DNA of 64,000 bases from Octopus bimaculoides (GCF_001194135.2 NC_068990.1:7419599-7483598); one strand, 5' to 3'; counted from the first letter of the stretch, positions 27,522 to 40,205 are shown. Notes: generated by a model not told the origin, from the letters alone. Numbers and translations are program-made.

Positions 27522-27572
27522 CAAGTCTTTATCTCATCTTCCGTATAGTCAATTCTGGGAATACTCATGTTA
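27522..27572 (-). CDS. TH: Tyrosine hydroxylase, 51-nt coding exon: (x)[16 protein letters not shown](W)
   Basis: Acceptor tttctaatttgtAG and donor GTAAGTA (27515-27521). IPR(I/V)(D/E)YT.(D/E)EI.TW motif. Ends TG, completed by G of the next exon. Confidence 0.95.
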
Positions 27573-27737
27573 CTACAAATTAGAAAATGAAAATTAGACA
27601 TATCATGATTATTAGCCACACCCGCACACACCCGCACACGCGCGCACACGCACACACACACACATACACACACACACAGAGAAACGCACACCCACACACA
27701 CAGACGCAGGCACACGTACACATACACAGACGCAGGC

Positions 27738-27768
<31 letters not shown>

Positions 27769-27828
27769 GACGCACACATACACAGACGCAGGCACACGTA
27801 CACATACACAGACGCAGGNNNNNNNNNN

Positions 27829-27860
27829 CTTCTTCTTCTGTATTCTTTGTCAGTGAAACC
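27829..27860 (-). CDS. TH: Tyrosine hydroxylase, visible 5' 32 nt of the expected 68-nt exon: GFTDKEYRRR(R)...; remainder lost in the N gap 27819-27828
   Basis: Acceptor atattttttcAG (27861-27862), then GGT TTC ACT GAC AAA GAA TAC AGA AGA AGA AG. This is the invariant GF.D..YR.RR motif that follows DHP. Confidence 0.92.
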
Positions 27861-27908
27861 CTGAAAAAAATATTAGTTTTGTAGATTGTTTTAGATGTTA
27901 TAGATGAG

Positions 27909-27967
<59 letters not shown>

Positions 27968-27989
27968 GTCTGTCTGTCTGTCTGTCTGT

Positions 27990-28180
27990 CTCATCTTTTA
28001 GTTGTTTCGCCTTGACGAATTTTAGTCGAATGAATCGCCCCTCGTACTATGTTTTTAAAGCCTAGTACTAATTCTATCAGTCTGTTTTACCCATCCGCTA
28101 AGTTACGGGGATGTGAAAAACCAACACCGATTGAAATTGGGGGCGCCGGATAAACACAGAAAAACAGACAAAATCACACA
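27990..28180 (-). mobile_element. SINE family B copy, diverged
   Basis: Reverse complement of the gtccc(c)gtaacttagcgg...gatagaat.agtactaggctt body shared with 40800-41012 and 57240-57455. Confidence 0.6.
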
Positions 28181-29697
28181 GTCGCACGCACATACACACA
28201 CACACGCACACACACGCATACACATACACACACACATGATTGTGTATATATATATATATATATATNNNNNNNNNNNNNNNNNNNNNNNNNNNNNNNNNNN
28301 NNNNNNNNNNNNNNNNNNNNNNNNNNNNNNNNNNNNNNNNNNNNNNNNNNNNNNNNNNNNNNNNNNNNNNNNNNNNNNNNNNNNNNNNNNNNNNNNNNNN
28401 NNNNNNNNNNNNNNNNNNNNNNNNNNNNNNNNNNNNNNNNNNNNNNNNNNNNNNNNNNNNNNNNNNNNNNNNNNNNNNNNNNNNNNNNNNNNNNNNNNNN
28501 NNNNNNNNNNNNNNNNNNNNNNNNNNNNNNNNNNNNNNNNNNNNNNNNNNNNNNNNNNNNNNNNNNNNNNNNNNNNNNNNNNNNNNNNNNNNNNNNNNNN
28601 NNNNNNNNNNNNNNNNNNNNNNNNNNNNNNNNNNNNNNNNNNNNNNNNNNNNNNNNNNNNNNNNNNNNNNNNNNNNNNNNNNNNNNNNNNNNNNNNNNNN
28701 NNNNNNNNNNNNNNNNNNNNNNNNNNNNNNNNNNNNNNNNNNNNNNNNNNNNNNNNNNNNNNNNNNNNNNNNNNNNNNNNNNNNNNNNNNNNNNNNNNNN
28801 NNNNNNNNNNNNNNNNNNNNNNNNNNNNNNNNNNNNNNNNNNNNNNNNNNNNNNNNNNNNNNNNNNNNNNNNNNNNNNNNNNNNNNNNNNNNNNNNNNNN
28901 NNNNNNNNNNNNNNNNNNNNNNNNNNNNNNNNNNNNNNNNNNNNNNNNNNNNNNNNNNNNNNNNNNNNNNNNNNNNNNNNNNNNNNNNNNNNNNNNNNNN
29001 NNNNNNNNNNNNNNNNNNNNNNNNNNNNNNNNNNNNNNNNNNNNNNNNNNNNNNNNNNNNNNNNNNNNNNNNNNNNNNNNNNNNNNNNNNNNNNNNNNNN
29101 NNNNNNNNNNNNNNNNNNNNNNNNNNNNNNNNNNNNNNNNNNNNNNNNNNNNNNNNNNNNNNNNNNNNTATATATATATATATATATTCATGCTTGTGTA
29201 CATAAATATGCATACACATACACACATATTTATTTAAAGCAATAGTAATAAAGGTACACTTATTCAGCATGACGAGTGGTATGTGCTAGTTACTATAAGT
29301 ACGGTGACGTAGGTCAGTATATATATAGAGAGTACGAAGTAGATGGTAATAGTTAGTCGTGGTCTTTAATGGTCATACTAACTATATTGCTATACCGGAG
29401 TGGGCGTTATAATAATCCGACATTAAAGATTACAACAGCTATGTGTGTGAGAGAGAGTATGTGTATGCATGTATGTATGTATTTATTTACATATGTATGT
29501 ATGCATGCATGTATAAATATATGTATGTACGCAGGTAGGCAGGTAGGAATACACTTTTCTTTTTATCTTACGATCAACAAAAGAAGAAAAAAAGATTGTG
29601 TTAGAAATGTCAAAGACATTTGTGGTTTCGTAAGCTCTCATTGAGTGTCAAATACTTACACCTTGTTTTCTGCATTCCCTTTGTCATAATTAACATT

Positions 29698-29737
<40 letters not shown>

Positions 29738-29796
29738 ACACACCCATGTATACTGTTTTCTGCATTCCCTTTGTCATAATTAACATNNNNNNNNNN

Positions 29797-29854
<58 letters not shown>

Positions 29855-30424
29855 ACACCCCCATGTATACTATACTTGCACAGAGATAGGGCAGACAAGA
29901 AATAGGTGGATGTGGTTCTGGCTCGAATGAGCACCAATAAGTTCACCAAACAACCGGTTGATGTTTTAAGCCTATCATTCCAATTACATGGCATATTTGT
30001 TCTGTATATATTCTCATAGATCTTTACATAACTGTCATTTGAATGCGTGATTATGCCGAATTTCTTTGTAGGCTTACTATTCTAGTAGCCCACAAAGAAA
30101 GGTACCTCACAAGATATTTTGTAATTAGCATAAATCATTGATATACACGAAAGTATCAATAAATGAATATTAATATATGATAATGAAACTGTGTATAGGA
30201 ATATATTTTATTTTAGTCGAGCGAACTTCCAGGAAATTCAGTACAAGTAAACAGTTGTGAGGAGCAAGAGGTAAGTAATTGCGGGCATTGACGATATAAA
30301 AATAATGTCAGTGCAATAAATAATTTAGACAATTAAGGTACATAAGATGATATATTTAAGCTTGTTGTCCAAATTTACTAATAATCTATTCTCATTTGGA
30401 AATAATATTTTGATTACAGGTCTG

Positions 30425-30455
<31 letters not shown>

Positions 30456-30934
30456 NNNNNNNNNNNNNNNNNNNNNNNNNNNNNNNNNNNNNNNNNNNNN
30501 NNNNNNNNNNNNNNNNNNNNNNNNNNNNNNNNNNNNNNNNNNNNNNNNNNNNNNNNNNNNNNNNNNNNNNNNNNNNNNNNNNNNNNNNNNNNNNNNNNNN
30601 NNNNNNNNNNNNNNNNNNNNNNNNNNNNNNNNNNNNNNNNNNNNNNNNNNNNNNNNNNNNNNNNNNNNNNNNNNNNNNNNNNNNNNNNNNNNNNNNNNNN
30701 NNNAACATTTCAGCACCGGTTTCAGTCATTGAGACTTCTTCAACTGTAAGTATAGAAAACGTTTAGATTTTGGAAAAATTAAAAGAAATATTTTTTTAAA
30801 AGAATATTTGCATAGTGTACAAATACAAGTGGCATTTTCCTTGTTACTGCTTGTTTCTGTCTCTCTCTCTCTCTATATATATATATATAATATCAGGAAA
30901 GCAACAAATGTGCGTAATGAAAGAAGTAACCTAC

Positions 30935-31023
30935 TGGGTGGTCACTGTCAAGTTCCGGTTCAAACTTCGTGAGAAGATGGGTACAGCTGTCCAGATCAGA
31001 GATATGTTTTGGATAGTATATTT
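30935..31023 (-). CDS. TH: Tyrosine hydroxylase, 89-nt coding exon: (E)[29 protein letters not shown]
   Basis: Acceptor tttttcttccAG and donor GTAGGT. Matches the TH segment WFP(R/K)..SELD.C.HL.TK(F/Y)(D/E)PDLD.DHP. The 89-nt length equals the corresponding vertebrate TH/PAH exon (recalled). Confidence 0.95.
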
Positions 31024-31081
31024 CTGGAAGAAAAATATATATATATTAATATATAACAATATATCATTTATAACACACACA

Positions 31082-31132
<51 letters not shown>

Positions 31133-34076
31133 TCAGATTATCCAATACACGTAGCTCAGAAAATGCGGTTTATCTTTCGGGAAAAATAACACACGCATAT
31201 ATATATAAAGTTATATAATTACATGTATATATACATAATATATATAAATTTAATATAATATGAATATATGTATGTATGCATAGATCTGTGTATATATGTA
31301 TATTATGCATTATATATTTTATTTTATGCATATGAATATATACCTGAGAAGTGTAGAGAGTAAGTGATTGGAGGAGAGTGTGTGTGAAGAATTTTGTGGT
31401 TTTGAAGAAGAAAGTTTTGAAGAGAAATATGATTCAATTTTTGGTTGTGTTGTGTATCTGCATTCTCCAGGTGAGATCATAAGTGATGGTGAGGGCTTAG
31501 TGTTAATTACAACTTTGAACAATCAAGTTACTTTCAGTCCATGCGTAGTGGATACAATAATGCTTTATTCATTTGAATAGTAATTGTACTTTAGTGCTGT
31601 TTAACGAGATAAGATTAACATGATTGCATTAAAGGGAGTTATTTTGAAGTCTCAGTTCATGTAGTGAGTGCTGATTTGGTAGGAGATGTCTAAACTGCAT
31701 GCGGATGCCATTTGGGGGAAAAGAGTGGCGAAAATGATTATGACGTCAATTGAGTGGGAACGACCGTTGATTGAGGTAAAAGATTGAGGTAACGTCATCA
31801 GTACATGCTATTATGGTGTGAGGAAACAGAAAACTCCTGATCCAAGAGATGAACGTCAATTTCAAACATTGTTGAACGTCTGTTTACAGAAGAATGTAGC
31901 AAAGAGTAAATAATCAGTTAAATGATTTAAACTCAGTGATTGTAAGTTGGCAGATTTGCCTCTCCGATAATAGTTATGAGTTGCTTTGATAATGATTCCA
32001 GTTAGAGGTAAGAAAGTCAAATTAGTTAAGTAGTTGAATTGTTTACTGATGAACCATGCATCCAGATTCTCTGCTGGCATTTCATCATATTTCTGAACAG
32101 GATACCACAATCCACCTAGAAGTCAGATTTGATTCTGGGTTTCAACATCAGACAAGTGCAATCCAAACAACTTTACATTTAATTTGAACTCTCGATGTCA
32201 TTAATGTCTACATCTAACGGTTATGATGTATCGATAATAGTTTCACAACGACGTGGTTTCGGGTCGATCAAAGCATTGTAAGGTAAACTTATTAAACGGA
32301 AACTGTGTGGGAGTCTTTCAAAGGAACTGTTCATGCGCTTGGACAGTAGACTTAATTCGTCTCTCATTGTAACATCGCCATCACTCCATTGGGTGTTGTA
32401 AGCGGATTTAAATCCTTAAATCTTTAAATCTTTCATACGAAGTCAACAATCTTCCATTTCATCAGTATCAGAGTCCTTGAAAATATTGAAAGGGGCTACA
32501 TGCGTCCACCTCCTAGAAAAGTTACTGAACATAGATAATAAATAAATGCCCAGTGAAGTAGATCATACTCAGAGCATTCAATTTCCAGAAGACATATTTT
32601 CTAGTGTCGGAGATTTTCTTTACACATACACTATATTATTTACATTTTACGAGACAAAGTCAATATATGTTCGAAGAGGCAGGAAACTGTGGACTTTATG
32701 AATTTCCAAAAACGTTAGCGGCGCAAGTAAAGTGAATTTCCAACAATGTAAAATCGAACCAGAATTAAAATCGCGTAATGCCTAGCAACTAGAATTTCAT
32801 ATAATAATATTTGGAAAATTTCTCAAGGATTTGAAGTATAGTTGCTCTGAAGAATTTCACAGAATTCTTTAGAATTTTATTCTAAACAATTTCTTCAACA
32901 TGAATTAGCATCAATAAACACAAATTACGTCTATATTGTACCATATTAGCATCATCGAAATGACGCCTCACAAAAGGGTCTTTGAGACATAATTGTTCCA
33001 AGCATTTTATACAGAACTATTATTTTTTTCCTTTCATTTTATGTCTCACGCACTGTTTTTTTTCCTTTCTGGTTGGTAAAAAACAGTATTAACATCTACC
33101 GAATTATTGTAATCTAGCCACTATGCGAAAGTTCTTTACTCATTCTAATCAATAATGGTGATCTTATCTTTGACAACAAAAACAGAAACAGAACGCAAGC
33201 AATATTACGGCGCAAAAATTTACGAACATTCGATACACGTTCACTTAATAACATATTATTACCGACGTTGGTTTTATTTCATTTCCTTCCTCTATGATTT
33301 CTACACTATAAGTGGTCTATTAATAATGACAGTTATTACAGATCTATAAAAAAAGAAAAACAAGAATCTTCTTTGAAGTGGGATTATTCCCAATTGCAGC
33401 GGTAGTAACCTCCATCTCTTCGCATTTTCTCTTCCTCCTGTTTTTATTTTTCTACTTTTTCCTCAATTTTTTTTTCTCATCATCAGTAACATAACAACAA
33501 CATTAGTAATAAAAAGAAGAGCGCACAGTATACGACCTGATTTTATATCAATGATAGCTTTCAGGTAGCATATGAACATCACACTCTTTCTTTTTTCGGT
33601 GACAAATATAATCGAATATCCGTGTGATTACTATAGAAAATAAACTGTTTGTAAGTCAAGTTCGTGACAGAGGTTCAATTTCGGATTAGATCCAGTTTAC
33701 TGGGTATATTTCTAATTGATATAACCCTAATCACTAATAATCTTCTATGTAATTAATAAAATTTAGTAAGTAATTGAAGAAAGTGGAGCAGATGAGTAGT
33801 ATGTTTCTGCCAGGCCGAAACTGCAACAACAAAACTCGTCATTAAGAGTCTACTACTATAGTAAAGGCTTAATCTTTATTTACGTTCTCTTTTATCTACG
33901 TAAATCTACCGGAAGATGTCACGGTTTTCTGCTGACCGTTTCCGTTTACTTAGTCTTAAAGCGTTAACAAACAACTCTTCATTTCAAAAGCGTGTATGTA
34001 TGTATATATATATGTACATACACGCTAATGAAATGAAGAGGTGCGCATACATGCGCACACACACATACATATACAT

Positions 34077-34136
<60 letters not shown>

Positions 34137-35076
34137 TGACTTAATGTTTTATGGTTTACGTGTTTATACATTGTAAACATTTATATGGTCAATACGCGCT
34201 TGTGGAGGAAATGTATGGAATAGTTACATGTGTGTGTAAGTAACTAGAAAATTAAATCTATACCGTACATTCAAGTAGATATCGACAGAAGGTGACTAGC
34301 CACCTCAAGGTTACATGCGCGAATGAACAGTATGGATTTATTCATATCGTTGCCTACATAAACAGAAACAAAAACACGCACAGACATGTAAGACACACAC
34401 ACACATACACCTACGCCCGCCGGCGCTCATTATCTATCTTTTCATCTCCCCTTCTCTTTATATATGCACATTATATATATATATATATATANNNNNNNNN
34501 NNNNNNNNNNNNNNNNNNNNNNNNNNNNNNNNNNNNNNNNNNNNNNNNNNNNNNNNNNNNNNNNNNNNNNNNNNNNNNNNNNNNNNNNNNNNNNNNNNNN
34601 NNNNNNNNNNNNNNNNNNNNNNNNNNNNNNNNNNNNNNNNNNNNNNNNNNNNNNNNNNNNNNNNNNNNNNNNNNNNNNNNNNNNNNNNNNNNNNNNNNNN
34701 NNNNNNNNNNNNNNNNNNNNNNNNNNNNNNNNNNNNNNNNNNNNNNNNNNNNNNNNNNNNNNNNNNNNNNNNNNNNNNNNNNNNNNNNNNNNNNNNNNNN
34801 NNNNNNNNNNNNNNNNNNNNNAAATAAATTGATATATCTACAAACCTACTTTCCAAACTCGGCCGGTTTTGAGTGATAAATATTACAGTGCTTATCTCAA
34901 GCGAGTGGTCACGTATTTCATATCTGGTGATCCTTAAATGCTCATTGGTTTGAAAATGTGGATGAATAGAAAGCATTTGTTTAAAAATAACTGTCACATT
35001 GAGAGAATACAACAAACGGATTGGCCTATGTTTCGAGGGAACTGCACGTTTCTGTTATAAAACTACAACTATTGTA

Positions 35077-35119
<43 letters not shown>

Positions 35120-35249
35120 TTATATTACTAGGTTGATTTAGTAATAGTGTTACTCCTCACTGCAGTAATTAATCTATTACCATTGTAATTTTGAAGTGTA
35201 TTGCGAATGTTGATAACATCATTAATTGTACTTACACTTCCACTCGTTA

Positions 35250-35500
35250 TAGAATTTTACCATGTAAAAGGTGCTGGTGCCACGTAAAATGCACTGGTGA
35301 TGACGCCGCATAAAAAGCACTGGTGATAGTGCCACGAAAAAAGCGCCTAGTATAATTTGCAGTGTGGTTGATGTTCGGGAGGGCATCCAGCCGTACAGAC
35401 CAAACCAAAACAGACTATGGAATCTGGCACGGCCCCTGACCTTTCCAGTTACTGTCAAGCCGTCCAACCCTTGTCAGCATGGAAAGTGAACGTTACATGA
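35250..35500 (+). mobile_element. 3' part of a SINE/RTE-like element
   Basis: aaaaggtgctggtgccacgtaaaa..gcac...ggcatccagccgta...ccgtccaaccc.tgtcagcatggaa..gaacgtta.atgatg, recalled as an RTE-type tail ending in GAT repeats. Confidence 0.5.
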
Positions 35501-37052
35501 TGTTGATGTTTTATGTGTGTGCGGGTGTGTATATGAAATGGTTGGTTTCCTGGATTCTTAGCTTGGAATCGGAACCTTAGGCTACATTTTTTTGTAAGTT
35601 TCTTTCCGTTGTTCTTGGCATTCGTACTTGGAAATTTACGAGAATCAATTGTCATACTGCTTTCAAATAAGATAAGCCCTATTCTTTTGTTCAACATCTT
35701 TGGTAAAATCTAGTTCCATTCTTTGTTTTCCTGACTATTATCAGCTTTCGAACATGAACATACAGAACCCAAACAGATTTCTTCCTATCTTTCTGTTCGA
35801 CTCTAAGCCGGAGAAAAATGCCTCTCTTTTACACAATATTTGATAAAATTAATATGTCTCTCTTTTTTACCCGGAACGTGGCTGGTGGTACATGTGGTGT
35901 GCCTTTTCAGCAAAAATGTTGCTAAAAATGAACAAAAAAATTATTTTTAAATATGTTAAAATTGGAATCTTAAAGATTTTTCTGTCAGTTTAGATGCTTG
36001 TTTAGAGTTTTGATCATGTACATAAATATATTTACATTAGCATCATTACAATAATAATTTAGAAGGCAATAGTTTGATTTACATTTTATTAAAATACTTG
36101 TGTTTTAAAATTGTAATGAAAATTCTATTTTATAAATGACAGTTTTGAATGAATTAAACAATTATGTGAACTGAATAAAAACGACATCAATGTTTATTGA
36201 AACATTACATCTTAAATTTTCATATTTCCATGGAATATTCGAATTTACACTGGCGAACCGTTTCTGACACGTTAATCTTCGAGCAAACCTGCCTACCCAT
36301 GGACTCCAATCGTCTTCCGCATTTTATATCAGGGAATTCCTTTCTCATCACAGCATCACTATTTTGTTTGATCAACACTCTGGCATTTCTGGTGTGTCTT
36401 AAATTTCCGTTTGTCCCCCGCCACACTATATATTCTTCCTCCTATACAACAACAACCTACGTGTTTCTTTATCTTTTCTTTGCTCAAGGAAGGCCCATAG
36501 GCTAGTTTAGATGTATAATTTCTAGGCAAAAGTATGTGACATTATTGTTATAAGCTCTCCATATTAATGTATATTTAAGATGATAAATAAAGGTAATAAA
36601 ATAATGAAGGATTGAAATACGCTAAGATAAGAACTGATAGGATGTCAATAAAGAAGATAATGAAACGAAGCTAACAATTGATGAAAATATAATGAAAATA
36701 TGAAAATGAAACAAGCGTATAAACAAGCGTATAACCTATTATACACTACGGAAAAAATCACTATTTCCTATTCACAGACCAGATGTTCTGGAAAAACGCA
36801 TTTTGCATGAAACTTGCAGCAAATCCTAAGATATTCAGGAAGCCTCTTGTCTCTACAGAATATACGAACTATATATTTCTCATTTTCTCAACGTTGCGCA
36901 TACTAGAGACAGCATGTATGCTTCAAATTCTTACCATTCGAGGAATATATACGAGGGCTTGTTGAAAATTGTTATCTGTTAGTTAAGTTATACAAGCGTT
37001 AAACAATAAAGTTGACATCTCTCCCTCTCTCTGTCTCTGTCTCTCCCTCTGC

Positions 37053-37107
<55 letters not shown>

Positions 37108-37161
37108 GATCTATCTATCTATCTATCCAAGTGTAACAGGTTATATATATANNNNNNNNNN

Positions 37162-37613
37162 CGACTTATGACCTATCCTACTTACGACCGATCGACCTTA
37201 CGACGATTGGCGCACCAGTTTCCGGCAGCAATAATAAATAGCACAGTTGAAATCTAATGGGTTTAATTTCTTAGAAATTAACCTGTCTACGAATGACGTC
37301 AGCAAACAAACGACATCGACGATCCACAGCCAAACACCAGTCTACAATAAATTTTTACGTACGTTTTGCAACTATTTCTTACACTACATTGTGTATTTCT
37401 TGTATTTGCATTCTCTGGTACTTTTCTATGTACAAATAACACTGTTGTAGTATAATACACAATGCTGTGTGTGACTTTTACCTCCTGAGAACGTACCTTA
37501 ACAATGTAAAAATATAAAACAAAGCTATATAGGCCTCTAGGTCGCCTTATGACCAAATCGACTTACGAACAGTCAGTCAGAAGCAATTGTGGTCGTAAGT
37601 CGATGACAATCTG
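37162..37613. mobile_element. Tigger/pogo-like MITE, left end clipped by the N gap
   Basis: The right TIR ggtcgtaagtcgatgacaatctg is the reverse complement of cagattgtcatCGACTTACGACC, and the left side begins cgacttatgacc directly after the gap. There are internal repeats of GACTTACGA. Confidence 0.65.
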
Positions 37614-38814
37614 TGTATATATATATATATATACACCTATAAAGACTGCATTAAATAATATTGCAGAATGTTCAATGGCAACAAAATGCAAATTCCTTAA
37701 AATATCCAGCGTCGCTCAATCAATGACATATCAAAACATCGTGAAGGAAATGCTGCACTGAAATATTTCGAGAACCCTACGTAACATTTGCTCAATAAAT
37801 ATAAATTGAGAACTAAAAATATAAGTGATTCATTCATGCAAAATATTCTTGTTTACCGAGAAATCCTGAAAAAAAAAGCTGTTACGTTACAGTGAAACAT
37901 TAACACAGTCTTTCATATGCTCATACGTCTGTTCTGCGAAACTAAACAGAAAATCCCTTGAAGTATAAATGGTGACGAAATGGGAAATTGTGTGTATAAA
38001 GGAGGAGAAATAAAGACAAATAAAGATAAGTGAGCTGCATATTACCTCAAATAATCTCAGAAAGATTTCGGGCAACACAAATACACACACTCGCCCACAT
38101 ATTCATAAGCTTATGCGAATATAAACGCTCAAACACCGACGTGCATATAGACACAAACATACATGGTCTTCCTATGATCGCCCTCGTTTCATTTTCATTG
38201 AAGAATATTAGTATCCAGCTTGTGTGAATACCTGCTTGTATGAATGTAATTACACAGCTTCGCCACCTCCAAAGTATTTTAAGAAGCCTCTTTCCACATC
38301 TGTGGCTTAGTTTATTTACAGAAAATTATGTTGTGGTGTTTCTTCTCGCGTACAACAACTCTCATATGTCCGTAGACATAATGCACACACAAACACATAT
38401 ATACACACACGCACATATATATACACACAAGCAGACATACACACGCATACTCAGACACACAGGCACACATGCACATACACTGATGCACACATAATGTATG
38501 TATATATATATATATATATATANNNNNNNNNNNNNNNNNNNNNNNNNNNNNNNNNNNNNNNNNNNNNNNNNNNNNNNNNNNNNNNNNNNNNNNNNNNNNN
38601 NNNNNNNNNNNNNNNNNNNNNNNNNNNNNNNNNNNNNNNNNNNNNNNNNNNNNNNNNNNNNNNNNNNNNNACAAACACATGAACATATATATAATCTGCA
38701 ATAGATTTATGTATGATGTTTATATAATAGACATGCATGTATGTATGAATGTATGCATGTATGTGTGTGTACACACACAAACACACAAACACACAAACAC
38801 ACACACGCACGCAC

Positions 38815-38880
<66 letters not shown>

Positions 38881-39399
38881 CCATGCATAGGTAGAGTAAC
38901 ATATAATAGAAACTGTGCGTCTGTCGTTAATCTGCATACAAAGTAATATGCAATAAAAAAAAAGCAGAATAAATCAAAATTGAAAATTGATGCTGATGTG
39001 CAGAAAAGCGTATTGACAACTCACTGGAGCTGAACATGTTTTGCCGTATTTCTGTAAATATGTGAACGATCAGTGTAAGTAGTACAGTTGCTTAGTAACC
39101 GTGACTTAGTGATATAGAAACAAAATGTGTTTAGAAATCCCCTATAGCCAACGATGTCAGTGAAGTTATTGTTGATTGCTTCACGTAAACCGAATTGATC
39201 AACAGGATCTATATTTCAAATATTTCAATGGTTCGGAGAATGTTTATAGTATGTTTTTAAAAAATCATTCTTGTTGTTATCGTTGCTACATTGTCATTTG
39301 TACGACATGGATCAGAATGAAATATTTTTTTTCTATATTGAACCGCGATCCCCACAAAAAAAATTGAGAAGGAAACTAAATGAATAAGTAAGATCTTAC

Positions 39400-39586
39400 C
39401 TCTGACTTTTTCTTTTGCTGATTCATCCAAGATGGTTGTACTATGGACTTTTGAGTTCTTGTCGAGCAGTTCTATACACTGGTTGATGTTAACTTTTTTG
39501 CCCACACATTGGATGAACACGTCAAACTTTGAGCCTGCTTGCTTAGAAACTCTTGTTTCTATGTGCATCACTTGAAGTTTCGTTGA
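39400..39586 (-). CDS. TH: Tyrosine hydroxylase, 187-nt coding exon (distal ACT regulatory domain): STKLQVMHIETRVSKQAGSKFDVFIQCVGKKVNINQCIELLDKNSKVHSTTILDESAKEKVR(E)
   Basis: Acceptor ttttgaatAG (39587-39588) and donor GTAAG (39395-39399). Open frame with an HIETR..SK....FDVFI motif like the HLETR/HIESR..EYF ACT segment of aromatic amino acid hydroxylases. Ends in phase 1 (G) and joins AA of the next exon to give Glu. Confidence 0.88.
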
Positions 39587-39910
39587 CTATTCAAAACAAA
39601 AAAAAAAAATAAAAGAAGGAAAGAAAAAGACAACAAATTAAATAAATGCCAAAACAATCCAGGCTTTGATAAGTTCAGTTACTGCGTTCTTTAACTTGCA
39701 AGTTAAATTTTATAGTCGAATGAAATCGTAATTGTTTTTAAAACTGGAAATGATATCGATGTTTATTTATACAACGTAGTAAATATATGTGAAACTCATT
39801 GCCTATAGTGTGAGCCTTGTTTATGCTTCACTATTCCTCCCATTCAGTTTATACGTAGACTACCTCTGCGATATTTTCTGTATATTAATTGAAACCTGAC
39901 GTAGATTATT

Positions 39911-40040
39911 ACTCTTTTACTTGTTTCAGTCATTTGACTGCGGCTATGCTGGAGCACCGCCTTTAGTCCAGCAAATCGACCCCAGGACTTATTCTTTGTA
40001 AGCCTAGTACTCGTTCTATCGGTTGTCAAGCGATGTTGGG

Positions 40041-40045
<5 letters not shown>
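39911..40045 (-). mobile_element. SINE family B copy, internally deleted
   Basis: ttttacttgtttcagtcatttgactgcggctatgctggagcaccgcc...aagcctagtactc is the reverse complement of the family B 3' half. Confidence 0.75.
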
Positions 40046-40079
<34 letters not shown>

Positions 40080-40091
40080 CATATATACGAC

Positions 40092-40205
40092 AGACTTCTT
40101 TCAGTTTCCGTCTACCAAATCCACTCACAAGGCTTTGGTCGGTCCGAGGCTATAGCAGAAGACACTTGCCCAAGGTGCCACGCAGTGGGACTGAACCCGG
40201 AACCA
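40092..40205 (-). mobile_element. SINE family C copy (CORE-like ccttgggcaagtgtc)
   Basis: The reverse complement has ggttccgggttcagtccc (B-box), then caccttgggcaagtgtcttctgctatagcc. Shared with 56892-57037 and 63645-63783. Confidence 0.8.

Noticed and set aside
31368-31580. Acidic 70-aa plus-strand ORF (MEESVCEEF...)
   Set aside because: No recognisable motif, low-complexity purine-rich start and no convincing splice context.
37294-37301. Second perfect CRE (TGACGTCA)
   Set aside because: It lies inside a pogo-like MITE and is isolated, so it is weak evidence for regulation.
39257-39571. 104-aa ORF as a stand-alone gene
   Set aside because: It is the 187-nt TH exon plus intronic read-through after the GTAAG donor.
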